Virus record (IMG/VR): IMGVR_UViG_3300031419_000378 | Coordinates: 1-64,000 of that record | Length of the DNA: 64,000 nt | Reading direction: 5' to 3' (one strand) | Source of the DNA: a virus | Lineage: Duplodnaviria; Caudoviricetes | In this document: positions 40,287-49,612 of the stretch, in pieces | Position numbering within the stretch: position 1 is the first letter of the stretch | How the letters are laid out: every line of letters starts with the position of its first letter | Position numbers and translations under genes: made by a program | The notes under the pieces: generated by a model | What the model was told of the DNA's origin: nothing | Databases searched by the model: none | The model's input: only the letters and a program-made list of their open reading frames with translations

Positions 40287-40322
40287 TTAAACCCGCTTAG
40301 GCGGGTTTTTTTTGAGGCAAAA

Positions 40323-42725
40323 ATGACGACCTACAACACACGTAATCCGCTGGGTTCTTCCGCGGCGAAAGACTTATATGACAACGCGCAGAATCTCGAC
40401 CACTTTGTTAATGATTTAGATCGGGTCGAGTGGGCTGATCGGTTTGGTGTGCTGCGTAAAACCTGGTGGGGAATGGAAACCGATTTCCAGAACCAGATGG
40501 AAGACCAGGAGCACCGGTTTGTGGTTCAGCTGCATAATCAGGCCGACCGGTTCAACGTTTTTATTCAGAACTCTGGGTATTCAGTTGTCGGTGACTATGA
40601 GAATGGACCGCTCACGATTAATGAATACAACCAGATCATTCGGTACCAGGGCGAGTTTTATAAACTAACCGCCTCTACAGATATTCCATGGGCGACTACC
40701 GGTAACGATTCAACCTCATGGGAGGCAGACTCAGCGCATCTGGTAGCGATTGGTGATGCTGCATTGCGTCAGGAACTCGCTGCTGAGGATGGGCTGAAAC
40801 AGGTAGGGCAATGTCCCGACATTTACACGCTGCGTTCGATAGAGCCAGAGGTGGATGGACAGCGTATTTTTGTGCGCGAATATGCAATTCGCACTGGAAG
40901 AGGCGGTGGGACATTCATTTATTGGGAGGACGACATTACGTCTGCAGACGATGGTGGATACATCATTGTTACCAATGGCGGTAAGCGCTGGCGGCGCGAT
41001 TGTGACCCGAGTGATTTGCACATTGAGCATTTTGGCGCAATACCGGATGGAAAAACTGATTGTATCGATGCGATCAGAATGATGGACTCATGGAGTCAAT
41101 CTCAGGCCGATAATTGCAGCCTCATTGGTGTCCAGTTCCCTGGCGGCGATTTTGCTGTTTCATCATGGGACACCAGCGGCACATACCGCAGTCTGTTCAG
41201 GCTCGCAGGGGCTGGTGGTCAGTTTTATGGGTACAATAACCCGACAAAACTGATTTTTATTGGTGATGCCGGCTCGATTGCATTTTCAGTACAGTCGCGT
41301 CGCGTAGAAATCGTCAATCTCGAAGTTTATGGCCAGTATGATATTGACGACAAAGCCAGGGGTTTTTTCAAAAATATCTGCCCCGCAGGGCAGTATATTC
41401 GCGTCTCAAATTTTAGAGCATCCTATGTTGGGGGGCGGTTATTTCAGTTAATGGACACGCTGGATGCGAAATTTGACCAGTTTTATACGAGCTACACCTA
41501 TGACAATATCTTCAGAGTTCTGGCTTCGGGAACAACTTCGGGTGGCTGGAACCACTCCACAGCAATTGAACTAACGAATTTTAACATCCAGCATCACCTA
41601 TGTGAGGAAAGCCAGCAGGGGGCATTATTCATACCTAACTGCGGTCAGTCTCTGATATGGAATGGCTGGATAGAACACTGCACGTATCCGGGTAATCTCA
41701 CCATGGGGCAATGGAATATTCATTCGCTTTCGATGGAGACTAACACCAATCCCCTTTATATGTCTCAGAGCCGCTTCATGAATTACCTGTTCAGTAACCC
41801 TACTGGAAAAGGGATTGATGTTGACACGCAAATGACGGTCGCTTACGACACCGGAGAATATACTTCCCGGTCAGTATCCACCTATGAAAAGGGCTTTGGA
41901 GAATGGAACACACACGGATTATATTTAAACTCGCCGGTTCGTTTTGACTTTAATGCCACTCAGAAATATGTATCCAATATAACTTCTTCAGCCATCTGGG
42001 TATACGTGGGACATTTTTTCCTGCCAACGCTGGCTCAAACGATGAATATTAGGGTCAGTGGCAGGACAGGCTACAGCACAGCTTCAGCGCTGGCAGGTAT
42101 AGACGGCAGTGCTGTAATTTCCATTCAGAACAGGGGGTCAACAGCTTCAACCGTTTCCTGGCACTCACCCCGCAACGGGTGCATTCTCGATGTTGTTTAT
42201 ACACAACCCTATGAACGTGACACTCACATTTACGTAAAAATTCCGGCGTATTCTCGTGTAGGTTTCTTTGTAGAAACAAATGGCCTTTTGAGAAAAGACA
42301 CCGGTACGCCTACTTACATACAGTGGGATATGTCAACAGTAGCGGATATTTCCGCACTGAAAACGCAGGATGCTGTATCGACATGCAGTATGGGTACTAC
42401 AAGCGCAGGTCTGATCGCTGATGGCGAAAACAATCTGCTCTATCTCTATTCAGCTGCTGATACGGTCGGAGAGCTTGACGTGCTCAAGCTGGGCGTAAAC
42501 GACAAAATAAAAAGCTTACCTTTAATGTCAGGAGGTGCATGGAAACTTCCTGTCTATTACTTCGAAGATCTTCCTGATGCTGCCAGTAACTGGTGGTCAA
42601 TTTGTATCTGCAGAGCGTTTATCGGCGCGGATAACGTCGTTTATAAAACACAGGTCGTACACAGTGACGGAATCTACTGGCGACCACAGCAAAACCCATC
42701 AACATATATTATAGGGTCTGCATAA
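40323..42725 (+). CDS. Tailspike: phage head/tail-binding N-terminus + AmsF/WceF-like beta-helix
   Basis: MTTYNTRNPLGSSAAKDLYDNA N-terminus; HFGAIPDGKTDC, GVQFP.G, DTLDAKFDQ.Y, WNHSTAIELTNFN, CGQSLI.NGWIEHC recalled from AmsF/WceF. Confidence 0.7.
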   Translation: MTTYNTRNPLGSSAAKDLYDNAQNLDHFVNDLDRVEWADRFGVLRKTWWGMETDFQNQMEDQEHRFVVQLHNQADRFNVFIQNSGYSVVGDYENGPLTINEYNQIIRYQGEFYKLTASTDIPWATTGNDSTSWEADSAHLVAIGDAALRQELAAEDGLKQVGQCPDIYTLRSIEPEVDGQRIFVREYAIRTGRGGGTFIYWEDDITSADDGGYIIVTNGGKRWRRDCDPSDLHIEHFGAIPDGKTDCIDAIRMMDSWSQSQADNCSLIGVQFPGGDFAVSSWDTSGTYRSLFRLAGAGGQFYGYNNPTKLIFIGDAGSIAFSVQSRRVEIVNLEVYGQYDIDDKARGFFKNICPAGQYIRVSNFRASYVGGRLFQLMDTLDAKFDQFYTSYTYDNIFRVLASGTTSGGWNHSTAIELTNFNIQHHLCEESQQGALFIPNCGQSLIWNGWIEHCTYPGNLTMGQWNIHSLSMETNTNPLYMSQSRFMNYLFSNPTGKGIDVDTQMTVAYDTGEYTSRSVSTYEKGFGEWNTHGLYLNSPVRFDFNATQKYVSNITSSAIWVYVGHFFLPTLAQTMNIRVSGRTGYSTASALAGIDGSAVISIQNRGSTASTVSWHSPRNGCILDVVYTQPYERDTHIYVKIPAYSRVGFFVETNGLLRKDTGTPTYIQWDMSTVADISALKTQDAVSTCSMGTTSAGLIADGENNLLYLYSAADTVGELDVLKLGVNDKIKSLPLMSGGAWKLPVYYFEDLPDAASNWWSICICRAFIGADNVVYKTQVVHSDGIYWRPQQNPSTYIIGSA

Positions 42726-43022
42726 ATGAGCATTACCGTAAAACAGGAAATTCAGACAACGACGAATTATGAAAATTTTGGTGTAAGTGTTGAGGGTATA
42801 TTGGCAACTACCGAAATAACATACACCATCGAACGAATTGATAATTTTGACGGGAAATTGGCGACCGGCGTGTTCACTGTCCAAATCGGAGAAACTTACT
42901 CAAGCGAACGATTCCGTTTCATATTTAAGTACAGCGGCGAAGGGAACCCGCTGGACCAAGCCGAAAATGCGCTTAAAGAATGGTTTGATTCGCAGGCGTC
43001 GAGCGCGGCGATAGAGGAGTGA
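42726..43022 (+). CDS. Small tail-associated hypothetical protein
   Basis: 98 aa, immediately after the tailspike stop. Confidence 0.55.
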   Translation: MSITVKQEIQTTTNYENFGVSVEGILATTEITYTIERIDNFDGKLATGVFTVQIGETYSSERFRFIFKYSGEGNPLDQAENALKEWFDSQASSAAIEE

Positions 43023-43037
43023 TATGTGTTGAAAGCG

Positions 43038-43079
43038 ATTGATCAGTTGTACCGATCAATATGAAGAAATTGATCGGTA
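43038..43079. repeat. ATTGATC-N9-GATCAAT palindrome plus inverted ATTGATCGGTA copy
   Basis: ATTGATCAGTTGTACCGATCAAT at 43038-43060; TACCGATCAAT/ATTGATCGGTA 11-bp inverted repeat to 43079. Confidence 0.7.
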
Positions 43080-43143
43080 GAATGTTTTAGTAATGCGGTA
43101 AGTGTAGGGATATATTTGAATGCAGTTAGAGGGAGCTAATTGC

Positions 43144-43254
43144 ATGAAGGCTAAAACAGGGTGGAAGCTAATATTTGCAGGGTGTGTGATAGCGTGGTTA
43201 ATAATAATGGTGCTTGTGGTTAATCTTTGTAGTAAATACTTTGATTGTTTTTGA
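43144..43254 (+). CDS. Small membrane peptide, 36 aa, missing from ORF track
   Basis: MKAKTGWKLIFAGCVIAWLIIMVLVVNLCSKYFDCF; GAGGGAG RBS; terminator ACCCGGC-tttc-GCCGGGT-T6 at about 43269-43292. Confidence 0.5.
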   Translation: MKAKTGWKLIFAGCVIAWLIIMVLVVNLCSKYFDCF

Positions 43255-43399
43255 TCTGCCAACACCAGACCCGGCTTTCGCCGGGTTTTTTTACTTTTAA
43301 ATAAAAATTTATGGAACGCGCCTCGCCTGACTGAGCCTTAGTCCTGTATTTTCTAAACGACGGAATTACAATGACGCCTCTCACATAGTAGGAGGCATT

Positions 43400-43588
43400 A
43401 TGGAACAGGAATTCGAGGCGCAAGCCTATGACGCAGCATGCAGAGCAATTGGAGAGGCTGTCTGGCAACTGGTTACTGGTGGGGAGCCAGTGAGACCGGC
43501 TAACATTGCCAGCAGAATTCTGGCTCTTTCAGAGAGTCGTGATGATCTGGCGGCCAGCATTGCATTGTCGGTGCTTTTAAAGGCCTAA
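43400..43588 (+). CDS. Small hypothetical protein (possibly DUF2767-like)
   Basis: AGGAGG RBS; Y...CR.IG.AV..L...G pattern. Confidence 0.55.
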   Translation: MEQEFEAQAYDAACRAIGEAVWQLVTGGEPVRPANIASRILALSESRDDLAASIALSVLLKA

Positions 43589-43707
43589 AAGGCGACGGCT
43601 CAGGCAATACAAATCCAATCTTCAAAGCAATCAATGTCCGCTTTGTGCCAGAAGCGGGCCTTGCTAAGATCAATTGAGTTAATTAACCAAACACAGATCA
43701 GTCCGTT

Positions 43708-44901
43708 TTATCTCATATTCGCAATATTTATTTCATCATATTCTTGGAGTTCAACCGTCACACGTATTATTGGAAATTTTCTAGGTCTATATTTACCAAT
43801 TACAGTTGTCTTGACAGGAGGATAAAGCTGCAAAATATCACTCACACCATTGAATAGAGGCCGAAATTTTTTTGATGAAACCATCCCTAATAATATTTTT
43901 TCCACTAAATAACTAAACGAAAGATGAGGATTTGTCTGCATGGTATAAAATAACAATTTAACAACAGATTGGCCGTTCAAGCCGAATGATTTCAATAGCG
44001 TAATTAGCTGAGGAGCATGAAGACACATTCTCGATGATATTATACGATTTTGAGTTGTGACACTAGATGGGAAATAGGACGGCTTTCCGAGTTGCTTGCT
44101 GCGGGCAAGAACATGGTGCACTACCCTTTCCCATGCGGAATTGAAATAGCGGGCGTTATCAAAATACTCCCCAACCTGACTGCCAGCGACATTATTATTC
44201 TGATAAAAACCACTGAGCAACGATCCTAGAGTTTTGTCACATGGATCATTCATTAAAGCTTTTCCAACCATCCATCGGCAAGGCCAGATCGGTGATGAGT
44301 TAGCATTTCTCGTCGAGGCAGCAACTCCATACCAAGCAAATCGACAGGGATCAGAATTTGGAGCCTTAGTTAAGTCAACATTACTCTCTTCAACTTTAGT
44401 TGTATTGGATGAATATGATATGTCAAATTTTGACCATTTACTATAAAGCTCAAATTCTTTATAGGTGCTATTTTTTTTCGAAGAATCATATTTCGTGACA
44501 GGAACATGGCACACTTGGCTTTCTTTTTCCGTTATTTTTGCCTGTAAAATAAACGCTTTATTTCTTTCGCTTAATACACTTTGTGATTGCATGTCAATAA
44601 TCTTTTCATCAAAGATAAACATTGCATCGCCAAGTTCAACTTTCTTATCAAATGGTTTTCCACTGCATAATTTTGCGTAAGGTGCCTTGTCAATCCAGCA
44701 CAACTGAGAGTTTACATCAATAAAAAGTCTGGGGTTTTTTTGTTTCTCATGCTTGTAAATTATTTCTGATAGTTCATCCAGAAAACGTGGTGTAAACAAT
44801 GCTCCAAGTTGTGTTAGCTCGCCGCCAGTTACATTCCGGCACATCTTATTTATAAGATCATCAATCTCTTTCGCCATATTCTCACCACTCACTTTAAACA
44901 C
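43708..44901 (-). CDS. Cassette: putative restriction-endonuclease-fold nuclease
   Basis: VELGDAMFI...KAFILQAKI resembles an E..D...QxK nuclease motif; AT-rich. Confidence 0.55.
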   Translation of the reverse strand: MFKVSGENMAKEIDDLINKMCRNVTGGELTQLGALFTPRFLDELSEIIYKHEKQKNPRLFIDVNSQLCWIDKAPYAKLCSGKPFDKKVELGDAMFIFDEKIIDMQSQSVLSERNKAFILQAKITEKESQVCHVPVTKYDSSKKNSTYKEFELYSKWSKFDISYSSNTTKVEESNVDLTKAPNSDPCRFAWYGVAASTRNANSSPIWPCRWMVGKALMNDPCDKTLGSLLSGFYQNNNVAGSQVGEYFDNARYFNSAWERVVHHVLARSKQLGKPSYFPSSVTTQNRIISSRMCLHAPQLITLLKSFGLNGQSVVKLLFYTMQTNPHLSFSYLVEKILLGMVSSKKFRPLFNGVSDILQLYPPVKTTVIGKYRPRKFPIIRVTVELQEYDEINIANMR

Positions 44902-44994
44902 CCCTTAACATTGTAAATTTTAAATAAAAATCAGACCATCATCATATAATAGTTTACAGACTTCTCTCTCTGCTACTACTGGAGGATAAGCTGA

Positions 44995-45357
44995 ATGCTT
45001 CTGGATAAGCTCAAATTACTCGAATGCAGCCTTCACGGTGATTGGCGCAACGATGGGGAGTGGCTTGAGCAGCTTCTCCACCCTGAATTTAAGGAGATTA
45101 CCCGGTCAGGCGTGATGGTTGACCGTTCAGTAACGATCTCGTCACTATTAAACGAGAAAAAGTCATCGCCTATTATAAGCAGCGATTTCTGGCTCACTGA
45201 AATGGGGAGTGGCTGCGCCATTCTTCACTACCGTACGTCTTGTGCTGACGGAAGCCATCCTGCATTGCGCTCCTCATGCTGGTTGTATTCGGAGGAAGGC
45301 CAGTGGACTCTGTTTTTTCATCAGGCCACGCCTGCAGCATGTAGCCTAGGTTTGTGA
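44995..45357 (+). CDS. Cassette: DUF4440/NTF2-like protein
   Basis: LE..LH...R.D...LEQLLHPEF.EI.RSG..ALRSS.W......W.L.FHQAT. Confidence 0.8.
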   Translation: MLLDKLKLLECSLHGDWRNDGEWLEQLLHPEFKEITRSGVMVDRSVTISSLLNEKKSSPIISSDFWLTEMGSGCAILHYRTSCADGSHPALRSSCWLYSEEGQWTLFFHQATPAACSLGL

Positions 45358-45474
45358 TCGAACACTATACTCGCTGGCAGGCTCATTAAACACTGCCAGT
45401 TGTCTGTTATTTGATGTAGTCATCAGTAAATGTCCGCTTTTCGCTCATAGCGGACCTTTAATCTTACATGTACG

Positions 45475-45663
45475 TTATCGATTTCCACAGACATCAACTT
45501 TTTCACCTGTAAGTCTTTCAACCATCTCCAATGCGTCCGGATCGCCATGCCAGGCCATGCAACTTAAACAGTCTCCGCCACAGTCAAAATTCAATGTGTC
45601 TGGTGTCTTACTCATTGGCTGATTACAGGTCTGGCAATTGCTTTCTTTCACTGGAAGTGGCAT
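45475..45663 (-). CDS. Cassette: small Cys-rich protein
   Basis: CQTC..DCGGDCLSCMA; lies between two B sites. Confidence 0.55.
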   Translation of the reverse strand: MPLPVKESNCQTCNQPMSKTPDTLNFDCGGDCLSCMAWHGDPDALEMVERLTGEKVDVCGNR

Positions 45664-45905
45664 CCGTTTTTAGATTTTTATTTCTATGTTACCTAACATA
45701 TCACCCTTAAATCCGTTCCTCACTCATAGCGGACTCTAGCCTGCCGTCAGTCCGCTTTGTGCCAGAAGCGGACGTTAGTAACGTCGGAGCTGCATAAATT
45801 AGAGGGGAGAAGGTTAAACAAAGGGATGAGATCACTTTCACAGTAAAAAAAGTAAATTTATGTTATCCATGACTATCTCATGCTATAAAAATCACCCATG
45901 GATAA

Positions 45906-47156
45906 ATGCACTTCGATACAAGGAACTATTGGATGGACTTTTTCGAAATTGACGAAGATACTGATTTAGACCTCCTTCATTTCAAATTTAAGGATCTGAA
46001 TAACCAGTTAGGGTACGTCGGTGCTAAAGAGGTTGTTTCTTCTTGGGGAAATGACTTTTATGATCGCGATAAAAAAGCTAAAAAAGAATTTCAAACATCG
46101 TTTCACTCTACTTTTTGGGAGCTCTATCTTCACGCAGTACTGAAGGAAATGAACTTCAAAGTTAGCGAAAAGCATAATCGACCAGACTTTATCGTCGAAG
46201 CCCCCAAAGAGATGTACATTGAAGCAGTAGTGTCAGAGATTAAAAAAGATGGTACTCCTGAAAAACTACGAACTCTAGAGGATGTTGAGGCCAACTTACG
46301 GCCGATTAAAACCAAGCGTGAGTTTACAGATATCATCGATGAGGCAATATCACGTCATTCTAACTCCCTAAAATCAAAGCTAGGAAAATACACTGGATAT
46401 ACACGCAAAGATAATACGCCTATTAAAGGATACGTCGATTGTAATTGGGTTTCGCCTAAGGCTCCATATATAATAGCCTTATCCTCCCATGACCAAATTG
46501 CCTATGGCAGAGAATTTATTTATTCCATGTTTGCTTTACTGTATGGGCACTATTACGACCCAGAAAATAAAGTATACACCAAAAAAAATAAAATTAAGAA
46601 ACCCGGCACTGATTCGGATTTAAATCTTGGAATTTTTTTTAACCCAGAATTCAAAGAAGTTTCAGCGGTTTTATTTTGCAACACACTGACATTAGGTAAA
46701 CTCTCTTCGCTACATAAATCAGAAAAAATAAATTTCGATACAGTTCTAAACATTAGATATTTGCAAGATGAACCGCATTTTCGTGTGCATGAAGTAACAC
46801 CAGAAAATCCCGAGCAATTACTTGATGGTCTGTACATATTCCATAACCCACTTGCCAAAAACAAAATAGATTTCGATCTATTTAATAAGTTAGCACAATT
46901 CTCTGTGGACGAATATGGGCCACATCAAATTGGCAATTATCCTCTACTAGTGTCTAGGTTTCACACCAATATGTTGCCTAGTTCAATAATCCCAAGTATA
47001 AAGACTGATGCTTTTTCAAGCTACAACCCAGAGTACTGTATGCGAGAACTCAAAAAAGAGAGCTGTCTTTTAAAGCCCGCTAAAAGCGAAAGGATCAGGC
47101 AAAAGAAAAAAAGGACAAATAAAATCGCGAAGACTTCCCGCAGAAAAAATAGATGA
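45906..47156 (+). CDS. Cassette: PD-(D/E)XK-like protein (family often mis-annotated 'glycosaminoglycan attachment site')
   Basis: F.DRD.K..KEFQTSF.STFWELYL.A..RPDFIV....YIEAV. Confidence 0.65.
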   Translation: MHFDTRNYWMDFFEIDEDTDLDLLHFKFKDLNNQLGYVGAKEVVSSWGNDFYDRDKKAKKEFQTSFHSTFWELYLHAVLKEMNFKVSEKHNRPDFIVEAPKEMYIEAVVSEIKKDGTPEKLRTLEDVEANLRPIKTKREFTDIIDEAISRHSNSLKSKLGKYTGYTRKDNTPIKGYVDCNWVSPKAPYIIALSSHDQIAYGREFIYSMFALLYGHYYDPENKVYTKKNKIKKPGTDSDLNLGIFFNPEFKEVSAVLFCNTLTLGKLSSLHKSEKINFDTVLNIRYLQDEPHFRVHEVTPENPEQLLDGLYIFHNPLAKNKIDFDLFNKLAQFSVDEYGPHQIGNYPLLVSRFHTNMLPSSIIPSIKTDAFSSYNPEYCMRELKKESCLLKPAKSERIRQKKKRTNKIAKTSRRKNR

Positions 47157-47421
47157 GAAACTTTAATTTCATCAACTATTTATCAGCGCTAAATCTTCCC
47201 TCACAGCAAACTTGATGACTACTAACCCTGTCTGCAGCGTGCCAGAAGCGGACAGGGTTGGACTGTATATAGTTCATGCTACCTCTACTTGCGTTACCAG
47301 ATAATTTAGTCACTACAAAGCTAAAAATCTTGGTAAATGATTTAGTCAGTCATTCAATCATCGCACGTTTATTGCATCACTTAGGTTGTATTAGAATAGC
47401 CATATTATTTAGGAGACGATC

Positions 47422-48312
47422 ATGTTTAAGTATGCCGTAAACTCGCTAGCAGATTATGTTTCAACAGTTACAGAAATAGTAAATGAAGTCGATGACATAT
47501 GGTTTAGAGGACATGCTTGCGCTTCATATAGATTAGCACCTTCGGTATTACGTGATACCGTTCCTTTAACTGATGCCAGAGGTAATAGGGTCGAAAATGG
47601 TCAGGTGATACGTTCAGAGGGCGGTCATGTAACAGGTCTTAGTCCCGAAAATATGTTTTATGAATTTAAGTCTCGAGCGGTTCCTTTTTTGAATCGAGAG
47701 CCCTCAAATAATTTTGAGTGGATGTTCTTGATGCAGCACTATGGCGTACCAACGAGGCTGTTAGACTGGACGACAAACGCCTTAGTTGCGTTATTCTTTG
47801 CTATCGAATCAAATCCTACCTCTGACGAAGAGAGGCATTACAACGAATGGCCCTCGCAAAATTTTATGGAAAGCGATGAGTTTTGCTCGGAAGGAGCTGC
47901 TGTTTTTGCCATAAGCCCATCAGAATTGAATTATCTAACAGTCTCAAACAGATCAAAAATTTATATTTGTGAAGAGGCTGATAAATGGAGTCATTACTTC
48001 GATCCAATGAATAAAAAAGATGGTTGTAATTTTCTTCCAATTGCAGTCCAATCAAGTCATATTGATACGAGAATAAGATCACAATCGGGCCACTTTACAT
48101 TACATGGTTCAAATACATGGGAATTAGACTATTATGATGAGCTTCGTAAAATTATACATAAAATATTTATACCATATGAAGTGGTACCCCAAATGCTTAA
48201 AGATTTGCAAGCTCTAGGTATAACGGAGTCATTTATATATCCGGGACTAGAATCGTTGTCGCGAGATATCAAAAGAAGCGAAGTTTTTAAATTCAACGGC
48301 AAAAAGCTTTAG
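47422..48312 (+). CDS. Cassette: FRG domain protein
   Basis: WFRGHA...L.PSV.R; LMQHYGVPTRLLDWT.N.LVALFFA; RIRSQSG.FT. Confidence 0.9.
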   Translation: MFKYAVNSLADYVSTVTEIVNEVDDIWFRGHACASYRLAPSVLRDTVPLTDARGNRVENGQVIRSEGGHVTGLSPENMFYEFKSRAVPFLNREPSNNFEWMFLMQHYGVPTRLLDWTTNALVALFFAIESNPTSDEERHYNEWPSQNFMESDEFCSEGAAVFAISPSELNYLTVSNRSKIYICEEADKWSHYFDPMNKKDGCNFLPIAVQSSHIDTRIRSQSGHFTLHGSNTWELDYYDELRKIIHKIFIPYEVVPQMLKDLQALGITESFIYPGLESLSRDIKRSEVFKFNGKKL

Positions 48313-48708
48313 CATTTCATTACAACCTGCTAGCCGCTGAACATGGAGTCAATGGCGGCTTATCGCTCATAGCGGACATTGGGCTGGATAGCGTCCGCAT
48401 TGTGCCAGAAGCGGACGTAGCTAACAATATTTTGTAAGGAGCAACTGGGGCAGTTCAGCGCGCCACAGTAATTCGCTGCGCAGGAAGTTAAGCTGCTTAT
48501 ATAAGTTTTTCCAAAAATTTAATTTTTAGCATCTGGCGTAAAGAAAACCTACGTATTGCGAAAGAAAATTCTAATTAGGGGCTTAGGTTAGGTAATTGTG
48601 AGATAGGAGGTGGGATTTAGGAATTTGGCTATATAAGGAATCGAATAGAATGGCTCTAAATATTAAGAGCCATCACAATACAAAGCACGCTACATTAAAA
48701 AAATAAAA

Positions 48709-49461
48709 TTAGCCATCATCTTGAATGGAACAAATACAATTTGCTAGCCGTGTCGGCTTTAAAAGTCGATAAGCATATTTTCCTTTTAAACTCTGAATAT
48801 GCCCTAACAATGTGTATCCACTACGTCTTGATAAGTTACTTTTTAAATCGGATTCAACTTTAGTATAGTCTTTCACAAAAGCATTGTTTGGTGACTCAAT
48901 CATTGCTTCTATAATATCAGCCAACCCTTTAAAACCCATTTTTAAATTATCTAGAGCGACCACATTTAACTCTTCAATGGCTAGCGTCAAGTCAGGACTT
49001 ATATCAGTTACACTATCACCTTGAAAAGCGACAACCCATTGCCCATGAGCAATCCTATTCCTGAGTGCACTTGGCGTTTTCACATAGTCAATGATTAATT
49101 TTTTAATATAAGTATCAGCGGAAGATAATTGAACGGAATTGAATGTTGGTGCTGATAAAACTTTAGCCTTAGCTACTTTTAAGCATCTACGCCATTGAGC
49201 TTCCATTCCTTTTAATTTTTTTATACTCTCTATTTCGCTTAATTCAAAACCATAAGGAGTATGAATTAATTTTGAGAATAACGCTTCAGTCCAAGCAGAA
49301 TAAATTAGCGAAAGAGTTTTCGTATGGATTCTTGCCTCAGTATCTCGATCATTTTTTAAGGCAAGATTCAAACTAATCTTAGCGATGCGCCAAGCTCGAT
49401 CTAATTCTTTTATGTTCTTTGTTTGAGATTGGAACACGATAAGTTGTTGGGCTCTATCCAT
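48709..49461 (-). CDS. Cassette: HEPN-domain putative RNase
   Basis: YSAWTEA (E motif) and LRNRIAHG (RxxxxH); downstream hairpin ATGGCTCT/AGAGCCAT near 48650. Confidence 0.75.
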   Translation of the reverse strand: MDRAQQLIVFQSQTKNIKELDRAWRIAKISLNLALKNDRDTEARIHTKTLSLIYSAWTEALFSKLIHTPYGFELSEIESIKKLKGMEAQWRRCLKVAKAKVLSAPTFNSVQLSSADTYIKKLIIDYVKTPSALRNRIAHGQWVVAFQGDSVTDISPDLTLAIEELNVVALDNLKMGFKGLADIIEAMIESPNNAFVKDYTKVESDLKSNLSRRSGYTLLGHIQSLKGKYAYRLLKPTRLANCICSIQDDG

Positions 49462-49521
49462 AACGCGCCTTAGGATGAAGTTTGCGACTCACAAGTATGG
49501 AAAAAACACTTAGAAAATATT

Positions 49522-49612
49522 TTTTCCATACCTGGAATTGAACCAGGAACCTCCTTCAAACCTCAATAGATGCAGATTTAAAGGCGCTCTACCAAATTTG
49601 AGCTATATGGGC
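49522..49612 (-). ncRNA. tRNA-like RNA with a 32-nt extended anticodon arm and broken acceptor end
   Basis: GCCCATA-TA-GCTC-AAATTTGGTA-GAGC-G-[CCTTTAAATC-TGCATCTATTGA-GGTTTGAAGG]-AGGTT-CCTGG-TTCAATT-CCAGG-TATGGAA; TTGACA on the minus strand at 49642-49647. Confidence 0.7.

Larger units (their letters stand above)
420..43588. mobile_element. Lambdoid siphovirus prophage (right boundary unresolved; may extend through umuDC and beyond the window)
   Basis: Canonical order int-xis-recombination-immunity-replication-Q-lysis-terminase-portal-capsid-tail-TMP-tip-tailspike; no attR repeat recognised. Confidence 0.95.

Noticed and set aside
43022-43636. Candidate attR after the tail genes
   Set aside because: No direct repeat of the yddW-int intergenic region recognised by eye; needs a computed alignment
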